Origin: Klebsormidium nitens
Taxonomy: Eukaryota > Plantae > Klebsormidiophyceae
Direction of reading: 5' to 3'
DNA length: 64,000 nt
Assembly: GCA_000708835.1 (NCBI GenBank)
Contig: DF237012.1
Location: 124,001-188,000 of the forward strand
The notes below the pieces were generated by a model that was given only the letters and a program-made list of their open reading frames with translations, was not told the origin of the DNA and did no database searches. Both the position numbers and the translations under genes were made by a program. Below, in pieces: positions 34,124 through 47,831 of the stretch; position 1 is the stretch's first letter; the number at the start of each line of letters is the position of its first letter.

Positions 34124-36955
34124 ATGGTGGACTCTGATCTTCTGAGCCAGGACGGGCACGGCAGCGCAAACTCGCTGCGGCCGCCGGATGAAGCGGTGGT
34201 GTCCATCATTCGGACCGCCGAGGAGCTGAAGGAGGCGCTGCACATCCGCCAGCGGGTATTTGTGGAAGGGCTGGGCGTGCCGCTTGATGAGGAGATTGAT
34301 GCGTATGATGGGGGAGGAGACCCGCAGAAGGTGATTAGGCTCTGGTGGATTGTGTGTTGTTGACTTCAGCTCCATTTCCTCTGTCATGTTATCAGTTTCA
34401 TTTGCAAGGTGTGCGGAAAATGGGTCTTCTGGTTCAGAGGGGAGGGAGGTGAGGTTATGCTTAGACATGCCATCGGCGGGGCCTGTCGTCGCTGCTTGTG
34501 TTGTCACTGTCATGAACCACTCCACACTTTATATTCTGAGAACAGTGTCGGAAGCTACAACTGTTGTCAATTTGAGTTAGAGAATCATCTGGCAGGCTCT
34601 CCATCATCCGAGGGTTGAGTCTAGAGAGTTTCTTTTCAATCCCTGATTGACATCTTGATGTCCTTTCGATTGCTGTGCGGGCAACTAGGCTGCCAGCGAT
34701 TCATGCAAGCCCTGTCCCCTTCTCCAATTTAAAGCCACTAGCGCCGGTAAAACGGGTGAGATTTGCATTGGTTCTTAGTTCTCATACGATCTCTCAAATC
34801 CGAAGAGAGTTTTGCGACTGCACATGTCACCGGATCTTTCAGATTTCAAGTTGCCACTTGGTTCATCAGATGCATTTGAAGTTGCTGCAAGTAAGCCTTT
34901 ACATCACCTGTCGTTTGTTCTTTCTACACCTTCTCACCAGGGCAATGCTGCGCCATTCCAGGAAGGGAGCCTTGTTTTCACTTTTGTAATCAACGATCGT
35001 GCTTTGTCCATCTTTTGAAAATATCCTACGTCGCTCCTGAGTGCTCGCTTTGTTGTCTGCTGACCTAGTGGTTTGATAGCATCTTTCCACACATGCCTGT
35101 CTGGACCTCTTACTTCTGCCAATTATCTGGTGCTGTATTTCTTAGGGCTGTGTTCGAGGGCCATTTCCCAGCAGCCTCAACTCCATCCCTAAGAGACAAA
35201 GTCTTTGTCAAGCTCCTAAGAAAGCTTGTCGTTCTCTCTTTGATGATCTCCATGTCAACCTGAGCAGCGTTTCTTGATCCGGGTGGAGTTGCGCCCGTAT
35301 CCATGCAATGAACACCTTAAAACCATTGTGATGGCTTCTGTTGCACAGGAGTGCTCGTTGTTCTGTGAGGGTGCCCAGCAGTGTTGATATTTAAATCTTT
35401 CTGATCAGAACAAGGCCGTTTTCACGACTAGCGCCAAGGCGTTGCAGGGGCTGCCAAGGCTTCTTTGCTGCTGTGCACAAAAGTCAACAACCGTTGGATG
35501 AAGAACGATACATCTCGACTTCGTCTGAGAGAGTTGCTATGTTATTTGCTCAGTGTCATCTTTCTCGAGGCCTGCAGCCAATAAGTTCTCTCTACTTACA
35601 GGTGGCACAAGATGTGGTTCACGTGTTGGCTCACATGAACGGCAAGGCGGTCGGCACGGGGCGGCTACTCATAAATCCGCCCATCCGACAACTCCCCAAG
35701 GCGCAGCGAATATCGGTGTTGGACGAGGCGCAAGGGAAGGGCGTTGGGCGGCGCATCATGCTAAGTCTGCAAGTGAGGGTGGTCACTTTCTCGATCTCGT
35801 TGTCCTTGACAGGTTGGCTCGTTTGAGTTCAGTGAGGCCCGTACGTTTTCCTAGTTCATCTGTTATCGATGATTCTGTATGAGCTACCTGTCCTTCCGGT
35901 CAAGGCAGACGTACAAACATGCTGGCATTTGTCATCCAACGGTGCAAAGCCGGAATAAACTATTGGACCTTTGAAGTGAGCCATCAATGTTTTGGCAAGG
36001 TCGATACTGAAGAATAGAAAAGAGATCAGCTGTGAAGTATGCGTTTGGGAAAGCAAGCGCACATGCTATGTTTCTCTTCAGAGCTTGAAAGACTGCTTTC
36101 CAGCGCCGTTTCTTCGCCCAGCCTTACACGCGTCTTCAAAACGTTACACGCTTTATCACGAATGGGACTTGCCTGCATGCGTCAGACCAATAATTAGCTC
36201 AGAGGTTGGTGAAACTACTAACCGTCCCTTGAGTCTGAGAATCATTGAATCCAAAGACGTTTGGTAGCCGGACCTGGCATTGGATTTAACATCTTAGTTG
36301 GTACACCAGTCCAGTCAGCCGGTCTGCTGTGGGATTTCTTCGCAACCCTCGCTTTCAATGGCGTTCCAGCAATCAAGAAGAACCGCCAAATCGAGTCGAC
36401 TTCGCATCTACCTTCAGCCGCTGTCCAGCTTCTGCGAAGCAACATTATCGTCCCGTACTTTCGCCTTGTAGCCAGAAAGCGCTGCCTTTTAGCAACACAA
36501 TTGCGCTTCCGGCCCATGATGGAACACAAGAGTTCGAGCCGCCACATTCTGTGCCGCGCAGTAGCAAGGTCGTGGGAGGCATGGCAGGCGGACAATAACT
36601 GTCAGTGCGTCGTGCAGTCCTCTGGCTGCTTCATTCTTTGTCTGACATGCATTTCCTTGCGGTCCTCGTGCGCTGCAAAGTCTTGCCACCCTGCAGCAAA
36701 GATTTTTTGGTGGTCCCAAGAAACACGTTTGGGCGACGATGGTTAGTCCCTCTGACGTCACTGTCATCATCCTCGCAGGAACAAGCATGGGCCCGGGGCT
36801 TTCGAGGAGTCATTCTCGACGCGCAGCTGAAGGCGATTCCCTTCTACGAGAAGTTGGGTTACAAGGTGAAGGGGGACGTATTCCTGGACGCGGGGATCGA
36901 GCACAAAAAGATGGAGCTTGTTTTCGGAGGCGGGGCCAGTTTAAACAACGAATGA
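34124..36955 (+). CDS. GNAT N-acetyltransferase, YjcF/ElaA-like (exons 34124-34330, 35602-35772, 36779-36955)
   Basis: The spliced protein includes IRQRVFVEGLGVPLDEEIDAYD, HVLAHMNGKAVGTGRL, the acetyl-CoA motif A RISVLDEAQGKGVGRRIM, and LDAQLKAIPFYEKLGY...FLDAGIEHKKM. Junctions are phase 0 GT-AG. Confidence 0.9.
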
Positions 36956-38281
36956 TGAAGAAATAAGCAGCGCCGCTCGAGATGGGGAAATTGTTTCAGT
37001 ATGCGTATAGGCCCTAGTTGCCTGACAGCGTTGCAAGCCGTAATGCTGATACTGCGTTTGTCGTCAGGCTTTCCGAGTTGGTTACTGCAATAGAGGAGCC
37101 GTGTGAGACGTCCACGCAGGCTGTCAGAAAGCACAATGAACCTGAATGTCAGTGTTGGCTGCTCTGTTGGCCCAAGAGGAACTGCTGTGCATAGCTTATA
37201 AACTCAACGTGTCTGCGTTTGTTTCACAATAAGGTCATTACGGTTGTCGAGTATAACAGGTTCGGGAAGCTACCAACTTGAAGTAGAGCCATAAGGAAAG
37301 CTAGTTCGTAGACTCATAGCCATCATTATATTGTCAGCTAAATCGTGTAGTAATAATTGCCGGGCCAGCATAATGACGTCAGTGCGGCCCGTTCATCTTG
37401 CACCTTATGGTTTGTAAGTCTTGTTCGTCGTACAGCCAACAGTGACCGTCACAGCTAAAACGGTACATTTGGTTAGTATGCTTGTCCTGAGTCCACAATA
37501 AATCATCAGTGCACGTACATATCGCGCACACCGTTGTACTGCTTCCATCAGCACACGAGCGAACATCCCCGCCTTACTTCTGTTGGGCAGGCCGGATTGT
37601 CTCAGTCTAGCTTGCACTTGAGAACGGTGCAATGCATGCATCTTTTTTGAGACGGGCGTTGTGATGATAGTGACACTTCGTACAGCGGCCCGAGACCTGC
37701 AGCGATACTGCAGTGCGTAACTTAAAGCGCGCCCCGCCCGTATTGCCGGCAGAAAGGGCGACCGTCTATATTGTAACGGCACACGGCACACGTTATGATC
37801 GAGACATCACGCGTCCACATATGATTGGAACAAACTCAAATTCAAGGCCGGAATAATCATGCTGCACATGACTTCAACAGACTATACGTTGTTGTTGAAG
37901 CACTGAGCCGGCCAGCACTGCAAAAACTTTTTCCTAACTCAACAAGAAGCTGCTACGCGCTGCTCGTTGATAACATATCCGCCAAAGATGCTTGCCGCTC
38001 TCGCGACTCGATTAAAATATAGCCTGAGCTCATCAAACATGCATGCAGAGCCCCGGCCGGTTTCTCTGGTTCCAAGTCTGTCGAAGTTAAATTGAGATCT
38101 TTCCGGATGCAAGTACACATATGCACGATTGATCCGATCGACAGAAGTGACAGAAGTCGACACACTGCAAGACCTAGCTGAGTTGCAAGCACACAAGGCC
38201 ACACGGACTCCAAAATAAGAAACTGAAATTAATCATATCACCGAGCGTGCAATTTAACCAACTCCGCGCCCATCGTCATAT

Positions 38282-41200
38282 CTAGAAATCGGACCCGCAT
38301 CCGTCGCCGTCAGACGATCCGCCCCCAAAGTCAGAGCTGCCGTAACTAGAGTCGCTAGAGCTGCTGTAACTAGAGTCGCTAGAGCTGCCGTAGCTAGAGC
38401 CGGTAGAGCTGCTGGAGCTGCTGCTGGAGCTCGAACTCCCGCTCCAATACGAGCCGCTGACGTAATAGTCGTCATCATACGAGGTCGGCCTCGTATACGA
38501 AGCACTTCCACTCTTTGTACTCTCTCGGCTCCCTTTTCGGCTGGTCGCCCCGGCGCTGCTCCCGGTCTTCGTGATGCTCCCGCTTTCTCTGCGGTTAGTC
38601 GCTCCAACATTACCCCCAGACGTTCCGCTTCCGCTTTGTCCGCGGCTACTCGTTCCGCCGCTGCTCTCAATCTTTGTGCTCGCACGGCTGATCGCTTTGA
38701 TTCTTGCATTCAGCTCCTCGCGGCGCTCGTTTGCGATTAGCTCCTCGAATCGCTTGCGTGCAATCTGCTCCTCGCGTCGTACCCTTGCAATCAGCTCCTC
38801 GCGCTGCTTGCTTGCAATCTCCTCCTCGAGTCGCTTGCGTTCAAGCCGGTCCTGATTGTACTGGTAAGCAGAAAAACCCGCCAGCGGCCCCAGATATAAG
38901 AGACCAACCCAGACGCTTCCATCCTCAGAGATGTCTGCAAACGAAGCGGAACAGGCTTAATTTTGGAGGAGAATGCGCAGCGACGACACATATTTTCTCA
39001 ACGATCCTACACTTAGGTCGAGGTGTGATGTTTTACAGCGATAAGAAACGACCCATCCGTGTCTCCTGCCATAGTTCTCTTGTTTGCAGCTCATCCAGCC
39101 GAGCATAAGTGAGAACCTTCATCACGCAGCGCTCTTCTCCACGTTCCACTTCTAATCCAGAGGTTTTCAAACAGTTTTTTGAAACGGAGCCAAGTCCCTC
39201 AGCGGGTACAACAACACACTGTGCTTGGCTGCTTAATTTCATTACAAAGTCTGCGGCTCAACGTTGGTCAGTGTTTTATCACTTCCTCAGAGGCGACTTA
39301 TACTTGCGCGTACTCCCTCCCCTAATTCTCTTGACGTGAGCAGTCCCGAAGGTCTAAAATCCTTTTGATATTCATGCACCTGAAGCTCGAACCAGGTGTC
39401 CTTCAAAAGCAGACAATCAGAGTACCGAAAAACACAGGCGGAGAGGAGATAATTCGAATAGAAACAAAACCAGTCAAAAACCCGACATGCAAAACTTGGA
39501 GAGATCAACCGTGATCCCATCATCAAAACCCCGGGCAGAAGTTCCTGAAGATAAGTCAACATTACTGGGCTGTTCCGGTGCCTTCTGGTGCTCCGCCGTT
39601 CCGTCGCGAACTTCTCCGTGCGCGCGCAATCCGGCGCAAAAGCCGCCGGATGCGGCGCGCTCTCCAGTCCCGATCATTAGAGGGAACCGCCCCGCTCTGC
39701 GGTTGTCCCAAACTTTGGTTCTGACCGCTCCAAAGAAACAAGGCAAAACAGAGCACGAAACACACTTGGGCGGTAAGGAGCCTTCGATAGTCAACGTCTG
39801 CAAGAAACGCACAAAGGACTGTCACAGAAGCGCTTACAGTATCAAGCCCTAAAACGTCAGACCTCTTGGGATCGAAATTAGTGCGGGAAGATTCACCATT
39901 CTCTCTCCGCAAACCTTGCCAAGTTGTTAATCGGAGAGAAGTCACACCGCAAGGAAGTAGAAAGAGCTGCGAAGAAACTCCGGCCTCGGTGTTTCTTCAG
40001 ATGGCCATGGAAACAGTAAAGCAGTCAAAAAACTTCACGGGCCAGAGAAGAGGACTGAAAGCACACTCAGGACCGACTGAGTGATTCACTAAGTAGATAT
40101 TTCTGAATTCTCAACGGCAAGATTAAAGAACCTCCAAGCTCGACAGTAAGTGGAGAAAGGGCCACTAAGTCGACCTGCCTGGAGAAGGTTTCTCGTCGGT
40201 CAATTTCTCGTTTGCTGCCGGTTTCGCTTCGACCGCCCTCAGGTTGTCCGCGAGCGCGTCCACTCCCGCAACAAGGCCTCCCCCGAAGTCATCCTTCTTC
40301 AGCAGCGGCACCATCGTTTGCTTCTGCATGCCCTTGAGCCAGGAGGCCCTGTTGAACGGCCCCTTGACGCCCCGCCCGATCTCAATCTCTAGACTGCACG
40401 TAGAAACCGATTGTCGAACTCAAGGGTTTTGGGTCCTGTGGACGACCGTCAGTGAGCGGGTAGCGGAAGCATACTGAGCAAGTTTTGCTGCTTTGCAGAA
40501 TCCTACTTTACAGCTTTACGGGTGCAGATTTTGGGGCCTGATGATGTCCTTTTTGTCACTTCCTCTTGAGAGGAGTGCGTTCAAGACCTTTCTTGTGCTA
40601 GGTTTCTCTATTAGAAGCAGACTTTGGAGCCCGGCGAATCAATCTTTCCGGCTGAATTTGACGTGTCTCTTCCTTTCACACTTTCAAAAGTGTCCTTTCC
40701 TACAACGAGCTTGCAATCCTTCTTTGTTTTCGAACGCGCAAGGAATTGCTCTTTGTAGGAATCAGTCTTCGCTTCGTTTAGTTTCTGGTGCAGAAAGTGA
40801 CGTCACAAAGAATGAGCGACACACGCAAGACATTCGTCTGGTACAAAGTTGGATATTTGAAAGGGGGAGCGAGCCGCTTGAGACCGACATATTTGAGAGA
40901 CTTACCGCCTCTGCTCCTTCACGAGCAGAACTAGAACTCCGTTGTTCCTCTCCCGGTCGCCGATACGCCACGTGTTGAAAAGCTCTGTGGCAAACGCCTT
41001 TGCGGTCGTCTTCCTCGAAAGTTGATCAACGGTCACCAGCGCTATTTCCGCACCTGTTCAGACCGGGACCGTTGTCTCAGCAGATTCGAAACAAACCGCC
41101 AACCAAACAAACCCTGACATCAAACAAACCCTAATTTCATAACACGCCCTAGCCTTACAGACCAACTCAAGGGTATAGGAAGATTGCGTTCGGCGCGGGA

Positions 41201-43242
41201 CAGGGTAGAGGTTAGAGCGACTGATGAAACTACGCCTTTTGGTCCCACGCGGCGGCCCGCTGACGTCAATCCGCCTTCCACTTATTGATAGACTCCTTGC
41301 ACTTATACCGGCAAAATAGTCTTACGCAGATGCTGCAAGTTGATCTGCCCATTTGAAGGGTGAAAACTCAAAACAACGACGTCAGCAGGAGCCAAGAAGT
41401 AACAAAAGAACTGCTAGGTTTCAAGATCAGAAGGAACGACAACTCTACCTCGCCTTTTAGTCAAGCGGAAACCGATCTCCAGTTTATTGCAGGCACGCGG
41501 AAACTTCAGAATCGTGCATATGATTGAAAGTATCATACAGATATCCCGAAGAGTGTTGGGTAGAAGATCTGTACGGCTTCCTAGGGGAGCTCCATCTTTA
41601 GGCCGTACCTGTTTCGTCCTTTACTTTCTGCGCAACGTGCTCGATGTGTCCTTTCTGGGAGTCTGACATCACGCTTGCGTCATCCACCACCCAGCCCCCA
41701 TGGCTGGTCCTCGGGTTGGGCACGTCGAACACGCTGGCGTACTCAACGAAAGCCAAGGGCCACAGCGGAACAGCGGACTGAGCGGATCTGCGGAACGGAA
41801 TTGGTCTTTGCTCAACGTTTTCGATGGACCTGAGACTCGGATCAAAAGTGTGCATCTGTGGAAGCGGAAGTAATAACGCCTTAATAACTCTTTGGGGGGC
41901 TATGCGGTTTCTTCAGTCCCGTCGAAAAATGGCACGGTATCCTGAGGAACAAGTGGAAGTCCTACATTGCGAGGAAGGGTTAGAACCCCTTCCTCGCGGC
42001 ACCAATCATCGCTTGCTTAAAGCGCAGATTGCAGGGTCCACGTGATTTTTCAGCTATTCAGCTATGGGCAGCTCTTTGCAGAAGCTTAATTGAGAGTTTT
42101 TTGCACTGAATTGACCGCATCCTACCTCACGCCCAAGCTGTGACTGGGGGGTCGAAGTGGACCGCTGAGGACGGTCACCGGAGCAGCTCCGGCTGCCGCC
42201 GGGCTGACGAAAGCCATACCGGAGGCTGACGTCAGAAACACCAGGGCCGTGCAGACCAGAGTCCTTAGAAGAGGCTGCAGGGGGGCGTCGAAAGCTGCCC
42301 TCGTGGCGGCCAGGCAAGCGCTCGATTGGGTCTGGAGAAGTGCCAATTCAGCAGCGACTCTGTCAACGTCTTTCGTTGAATACGATCTGGAGGGGAAAAA
42401 AGAGCCTTGTACGTCGAATATGTTCACAGGTGGAATGGATTGACAAGGTCAGGAAAGCTTTCTCAACGAGCAGAGAGTCCGGAGAGCCCTGAACACGTTC
42501 TGAAGCAGGGGGCTCGAGTATGCCATTGAGAGTCAACGTTGGAAGAAGGATCACATTCTTATTCACCTGAATCTCGAACCTGCCTTGGCAGCCTCAAGTA
42601 CGTGGGTCTTTCCTGATTATCTTCAACTTGTGATCCTTCCATCCTCACATATGAATCTGATGTGGCATAATGAAATAGTGTCATCTGTTTTGAAGAAGCC
42701 TTACGCAATAGAGAGGATTTAGGACAGTCTTGATTCAATTAAAGTCGATGTTGTCTTTGTGTCCAGGAATTCCGATTAAAGAAGCTGTTGTACACTGCAA
42801 TCAAAAAGCAACATGTTCTCAAGAAGCGATCACTCCGTAGACTGAAATTCCAAATCACGGAGAGTGAGACTCCTTCTGTTCCTCTTCACCTTGCATTGCC
42901 GGCAGCTGCAACTAGTGCAAGCTGCTCGTCAAACGGCTGCCGGAGAGGTTCAGACTTGGAGCTTCTCATGCTGATGTCACTCCTTGCTTTCTGCAACTTT
43001 GATGCGCATTGTCCTGCTGACGTCACCTCCCTGTGCTGCCAGCGTGTAGACTGCATACGATTCCGGGCATCACTGACGCCTTTCTGACGCAACATTCCTA
43101 AGACCTGAGACTGCCTACTGATCAGGCGCAGAGTCTTCAACACGGGTCTGGCGGGTCCCCCAAATACGCCATCAGGCTTCACGACGGGCCGCAGAATGCC
43201 GGTCGCAGGGCGTACAGCTGCGGAAGCTTGCAGCGAACCCAT
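38282..43242 (-). CDS. TPM-domain (TLP18.3/Psb32/MOLO-1; YgcG-like) protein, paralog A, 6 exons, with a predicted plastid/thylakoid presequence
   Basis: It contains VPNPRTSHGGWVVDDASVMS, EIALVTVDQL...FATELFNTWRIGDRERNNGVLVLLVKEQRRLEIEIGRG, one TM helix and an S/G-rich tail ending GGGSSDGDGCGSDF*. Confidence 0.88.
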
Positions 43243-44273
43243 ATCGCCGCTCCAGCGTCTCTGAGCCGCTTCCTCAAATCTCACGCTTTGCCAGGACTTC
43301 CTGTTACCGATACTTTCTTAGAAATTAGACGTACTATAGGACGCGTATTACGGCTGTCGAGGGTACGTTCCGAGCGCGGGTGCCCCGGCCGCTTCAGGTT
43401 TCGGGGTTTCGGTCGATGTAGGGTCACGGTCCAGACTTCGGAGTCAACGTTCTTGAATTATCGCGGGCCGGCCGCGCGCTGCCGCATGCCGCCGCGGCCA
43501 GTGGCGGGCGCGGCCCGGCCGCGGGCCGACCGCGGCTGTATGGCGCTTCATGCGCTCGTACTACGTCCAGTGTGGAGTCTGCAGTACGTCCGACCACTGA
43601 TTGACTGGCTGCGGCTCAAAAGCTCGCGATCGACGGTGTAGCTGATAAAAGCTTGAAGCAAGGCAACTCTATTGCACGGCGGCACCAGCAAATTGGCGCA
43701 CGACAGATTCGCGGTGCTCCGCCGAGTTCGTTTGCATCCCTGTCAGCTAGGTCAAGCGGCGACTATGATTATAGCAACGGCACGCCATACGACAGCATGA
43801 TGTTCACACAATATATTCACGCATTACGGAGGGCCGTGATGCAGCGCCACAAGAATATTCCTTTTTTTAACCGGCGAAGCGGCAAAACTCCCTGCTTAAG
43901 ATTTGCAGCACGGCCCTCCTGATCCGGCAGGGCTCTTTGAGAAATTGAAGTCGCTAGTTCCATGGTGCGGATCAGAAAGACGGAATTCAAATCGACACTG
44001 ACAAAATCAAAATCCGCCAGGAAAGCCTTCAGTGCTCTAGTCGCACAGCTTTCGAAAGCTCAGCATAAAGTCCCGGTTTTTCTGGTTTTTGGAACTTCTA
44101 CGTGAACCTTTTTCAAGAATGAAGTACTACACAACCTGACTTTCAGATTATAGCACAAAGCAAGGACCTGAATTCGAAGCACACAAAACAACACTGACTC
44201 TCAACATGATGGCATCGGACGTGTTCTGATCATTGATCGTGCACCTTCACTGGGGCGCACCCGCTGTCATGGC

Positions 44274-47200
44274 TCAGAAATCGGAGCCGCATCCGCCGCC
44301 GTCTGACGACCCGCCGCCATAGTCGGAGCTGCTGTAACTAGAGTCGCTAGAGCTACTGCTGCTGGAGCTCGATCCCGAGCTCCCACTCCGATACGAGCCG
44401 CCGACGTAATAGTCGTCATCATCATACGAGGTCGACCTCGTATACGACCTGCTTCCACTTCCGGTGCTTCCGCTTTTTCCGCCGCTGCTTCCTTTGACGC
44501 TAGCAGACGACTCCTTGCGTTGCTTGCGTTCACGTCGCCAGTTCTGGTAAGCACGAAAAGCAGCGAGACTCGCCAAGGGCCCGAGAAAGAGGCCAAGCCA
44601 GACGAATGTATCAGACATATCTGCAGAAGAAGCGGTATATATAAGCCACAGAGATTGAAAACGCGCTGACGCGGAATATTTTACAGTAAGTTCTGCTTTT
44701 AGTGGTCGAAGTGGTGCACTTAACACTGATACAAGAAAAGACCCAGCTTTTGAGGTGGATGGGTTCTAAGGCAAGAGCGAAAACAAACGGTAGGATTTGG
44801 TCTGATAGCACGAACAGTCTGCGCGCGCACGACTCCTGCCTTTCTAATTTGGAGCTTATCCAGAGAGTATCCGTAGATACTCCCGTATTCAATACTCTCA
44901 CACTGTAAGTTTGACATTCTAGAGCCTTAGGGGACTCACAAGGGACTTGTCCTGGCAGCATGCCCTCACTGTCCAGTCTTCCTGCTCGGAAGTTTGCCAT
45001 TATACTGGAAAAATTCTACCGTGTCGCAAGCTAAGGAAAAGGGTCTCGGATGCCCCTGACAACTCCGCTCAGTTTCCGTTCCCTGTGAATAGATCAGTGT
45101 TGGTTAAGGACAAGAAATGAAAGTGGCAGGTCAATGCACATAAGAACTGGATGGGCCAGTGAGTCGACCTGCCTTTAGCCGCTTCCGCACTGGGCGCTGC
45201 CGGCTCCGTCTCGACCGCCCTCAGTTTGTCCCCGAGCGCGTCCACTCCCGCGACAAGGCCTCCCCCGAAGTCGTTCTTCTTCAGCAACGGCACCATGCTT
45301 TGCTTCTGCATGCCCTTGAGCCAGGAGGCCTTGTTGAAGGGCGCGTTGAGGCCCCGCCCGATCTCGATCTCCAGCCTACGCGAGATGATCGATACCGTTT
45401 GTCAAAACCCAGGTCTTTTGTGCCAGTGAACGAGTACTGGTAAGCGGGGTAGAATGAGATTTGGGGCACACTCCGCTGTTTTGCAGTAGGATTCTCTTCC
45501 GCTCTCCGAAATTTGACCTTGGAACAAACTTGTTCCGTTCAAGCACGCTTTTCAAGGACAATGAAAACCGGCAATTTGAGCAACACGGGGAGTCATTGCG
45601 GCTTCTGCGTCTGGTGGAGATAGTTACAAGGGCAAGACTGGCGACTTGGATGCGACACAGTAAGAAATACTCACCGCCTCTGCTCCTTGACGAGCAAGAC
45701 CAAGACTCCGTTGTTCTTCTCTTGGTCGCCGATGCCCCACGTGTTGAAAAGCTCTGTGGCGAACGCCTTCGGGGTCGTCATCCTCGAAAGCTGATCAACG
45801 GTCACCACCGTTATTTCAGCACCTGTTGAGTAGAGACCTTGTTTTCGCAAAGGTTGTGGGACGGGTTGCGTTCGGCTAAGGGCAGCGAGATAGTTGCAGC
45901 CTGAACTGAACGCACCCAGGCTACTTGGCTTCAGATTGCCGATTTTCGGCATGCAGGGTCAGTAATTTGATGACCTAGTTTGGAAGAAAAATAAGTAACG
46001 TGAGGAGGCAGTGAGTTCAATGCTAAGCAGTGAGTTCATAGTCTCCTTTATTGTTGGCTTTCCAAAGTGATAAAGAATTATGGTCGACAGTGTAATGACT
46101 CATTCGAGGTGGAAAAAGGCTTCTGGGATGAGGCAAGGACGCGGCCAGGTTCAGAACTTGAAACCCATTTAGATCATGACAAGATCGAAGAATGGGGAAA
46201 AGGCTTATTTTTGTCCTACTTTCCAGCATTTCCGCTTGGCGGCGTACCTGTTTCGTCCTTCAGTTTCTGCGCAACCCGCTCGATGTGTTCTTTCTGGGAG
46301 TCTGACATCACGCTTGCGCCATCCACCACCCAGCCCCCATGGTCTGTCCTCGGGTTTGGGACGTCGGACACGCTGGCGTACTCAACGAAAGCCAAGCGCC
46401 ACAGCGGAACGGCGGACTGAGCGGACCTGCGGAACAAAAATGGTCGTTACTTAACTTTTTATGGCGCTGAAAATCCATACCCTTTTGTCAGACTGAGGCT
46501 TGCGGTCTGCGGACGCGAAAGTGGTTACCCCATAAATTCTCAGGCCGTTGTTACTTCGAAACCGTCCCGTTAAAGCTTCCCGGATAGCGTTTCTGTTCCA
46601 GAACTTGTCCTCGCAGCACCAAACATCGCTTGAAAGAATAGATCATAAGGTTCTCGTTGATTTTCAGCGTTTGGCAGCTCTCCGAAGCTTTAGAATCAAT
46701 ATTTTGCAGTGGATTACCTCATGCCCAAGTCGTAACTGGTGGCTTGGTTTGTACCGCTGACAACGGTCATGGGAGCAGCTCCTGCTGCCGCTGGGCTGAC
46801 GAAAGCCAGGCTGGATGCTGACGTCAGAAGCACCAGGGCCGAGCAAACCAGATTCCTCAGCAGCGGCTGTAGGCCGGCGTCGAAAGCAGCCCTCTCGGCG
46901 GCCAGGCAAGCGCTGGCTCTTGTTTGGAAGTTTGTTGTCGAACGCGATCTGGGAAACAGAAAATAGAGACAAGTCCATCAGAGATCAACACAAGTAGGAT
47001 TATCGGCTTGGAGGAGCAGGAAGTCCTGAAGTTAGAATGCACGAGCATTATGTCGCCGGTTGAACGTGGAAATACGCCACCATCTAACCCTGAGCTGTTT
47101 CCGAACTCGTATTGCCAGCAAGGTTTTCCTACCTAGTGATGCTTGACATCTAAGGCAAGGAATAAAATAAGCACTCAATCTATCAGTGTCAGATTTGCAA

Positions 47201-47831
47201 CCCGGCAATGAGAGATCAACCATTCTCCAAAATGCCCTGTCCACTCCAATACCCCTTCAGGGGAACTAAAATTTTGACTTATTCTGAGCCGAGGATTTTC
47301 ATTGTGTCAAGCAACTCTTCGAGAAATAGCGAAGTGCTGCAATCATGTATAGAGAGGCTCAATCATATACCTAGGCTTTCTTTACTTAGGCGAATTGATG
47401 CTTCTGCAACTTCAAAGATTCGAACACGGAGACCTGGTCTCCTTTGCTCCTCTTCACCTTGCTTTGGTACTGCAAGCTTCCGGTGCAAGCTGTTCTTCTG
47501 ACGGCTGATGGAGGGTTTCCAGTTTGGAACTCTTCAATCTGACGTCATTCCTTGCTTTATGCAGCTTGGAATATTGGCCTGCTGACTCAGTAAACTCTCT
47601 TTGCTGCCAGCCTGCAATCTGCACAAGTTTGTGAACTCCACTGACGCCTTTCCGATGCAACATGCAAAATACGCTCCCAGGCTCACAATGAGACTGCCTA
47701 CTTAGCAGGCGCAGCGTCTTTAGCATCGGTCTGACTGGTTCTGCAGACCTCCCATTTGTGCATGGCTTCACGGCAGCTCGTGGGATGCTCGCCGCAGGAC
47801 GTAAAGTTGCAGAAGCTTGCAGAGAACCCAT
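44274..47831 (-). CDS. TPM-domain protein, paralog B, 6 exons, same exon phases as paralog A
   Basis: It contains VPNPRTDHGGWVVDGASVMS, AEITVVTVDQL...FATELFNTWGIGDQEKNNGVLVLLVKEQRRLEIEIGRG, the TM segment FVWLGLFLGPLASLAAF and a tail ending GGGSSDGGGCGSDF*. Confidence 0.9.

Noticed and set aside
34934-35122. LITKVKTRLPSWNG resembling a LINE RT C-terminal segment in GNAT intron 1
   Set aside because: The preceding YLG motif and all RT core motifs are absent, so the similarity is too weak to call.
36261-36746. 161-aa ORF nested in GNAT intron 2
   Set aside because: It has no recognisable domain or exon-like codon bias and is likely a chance ORF.
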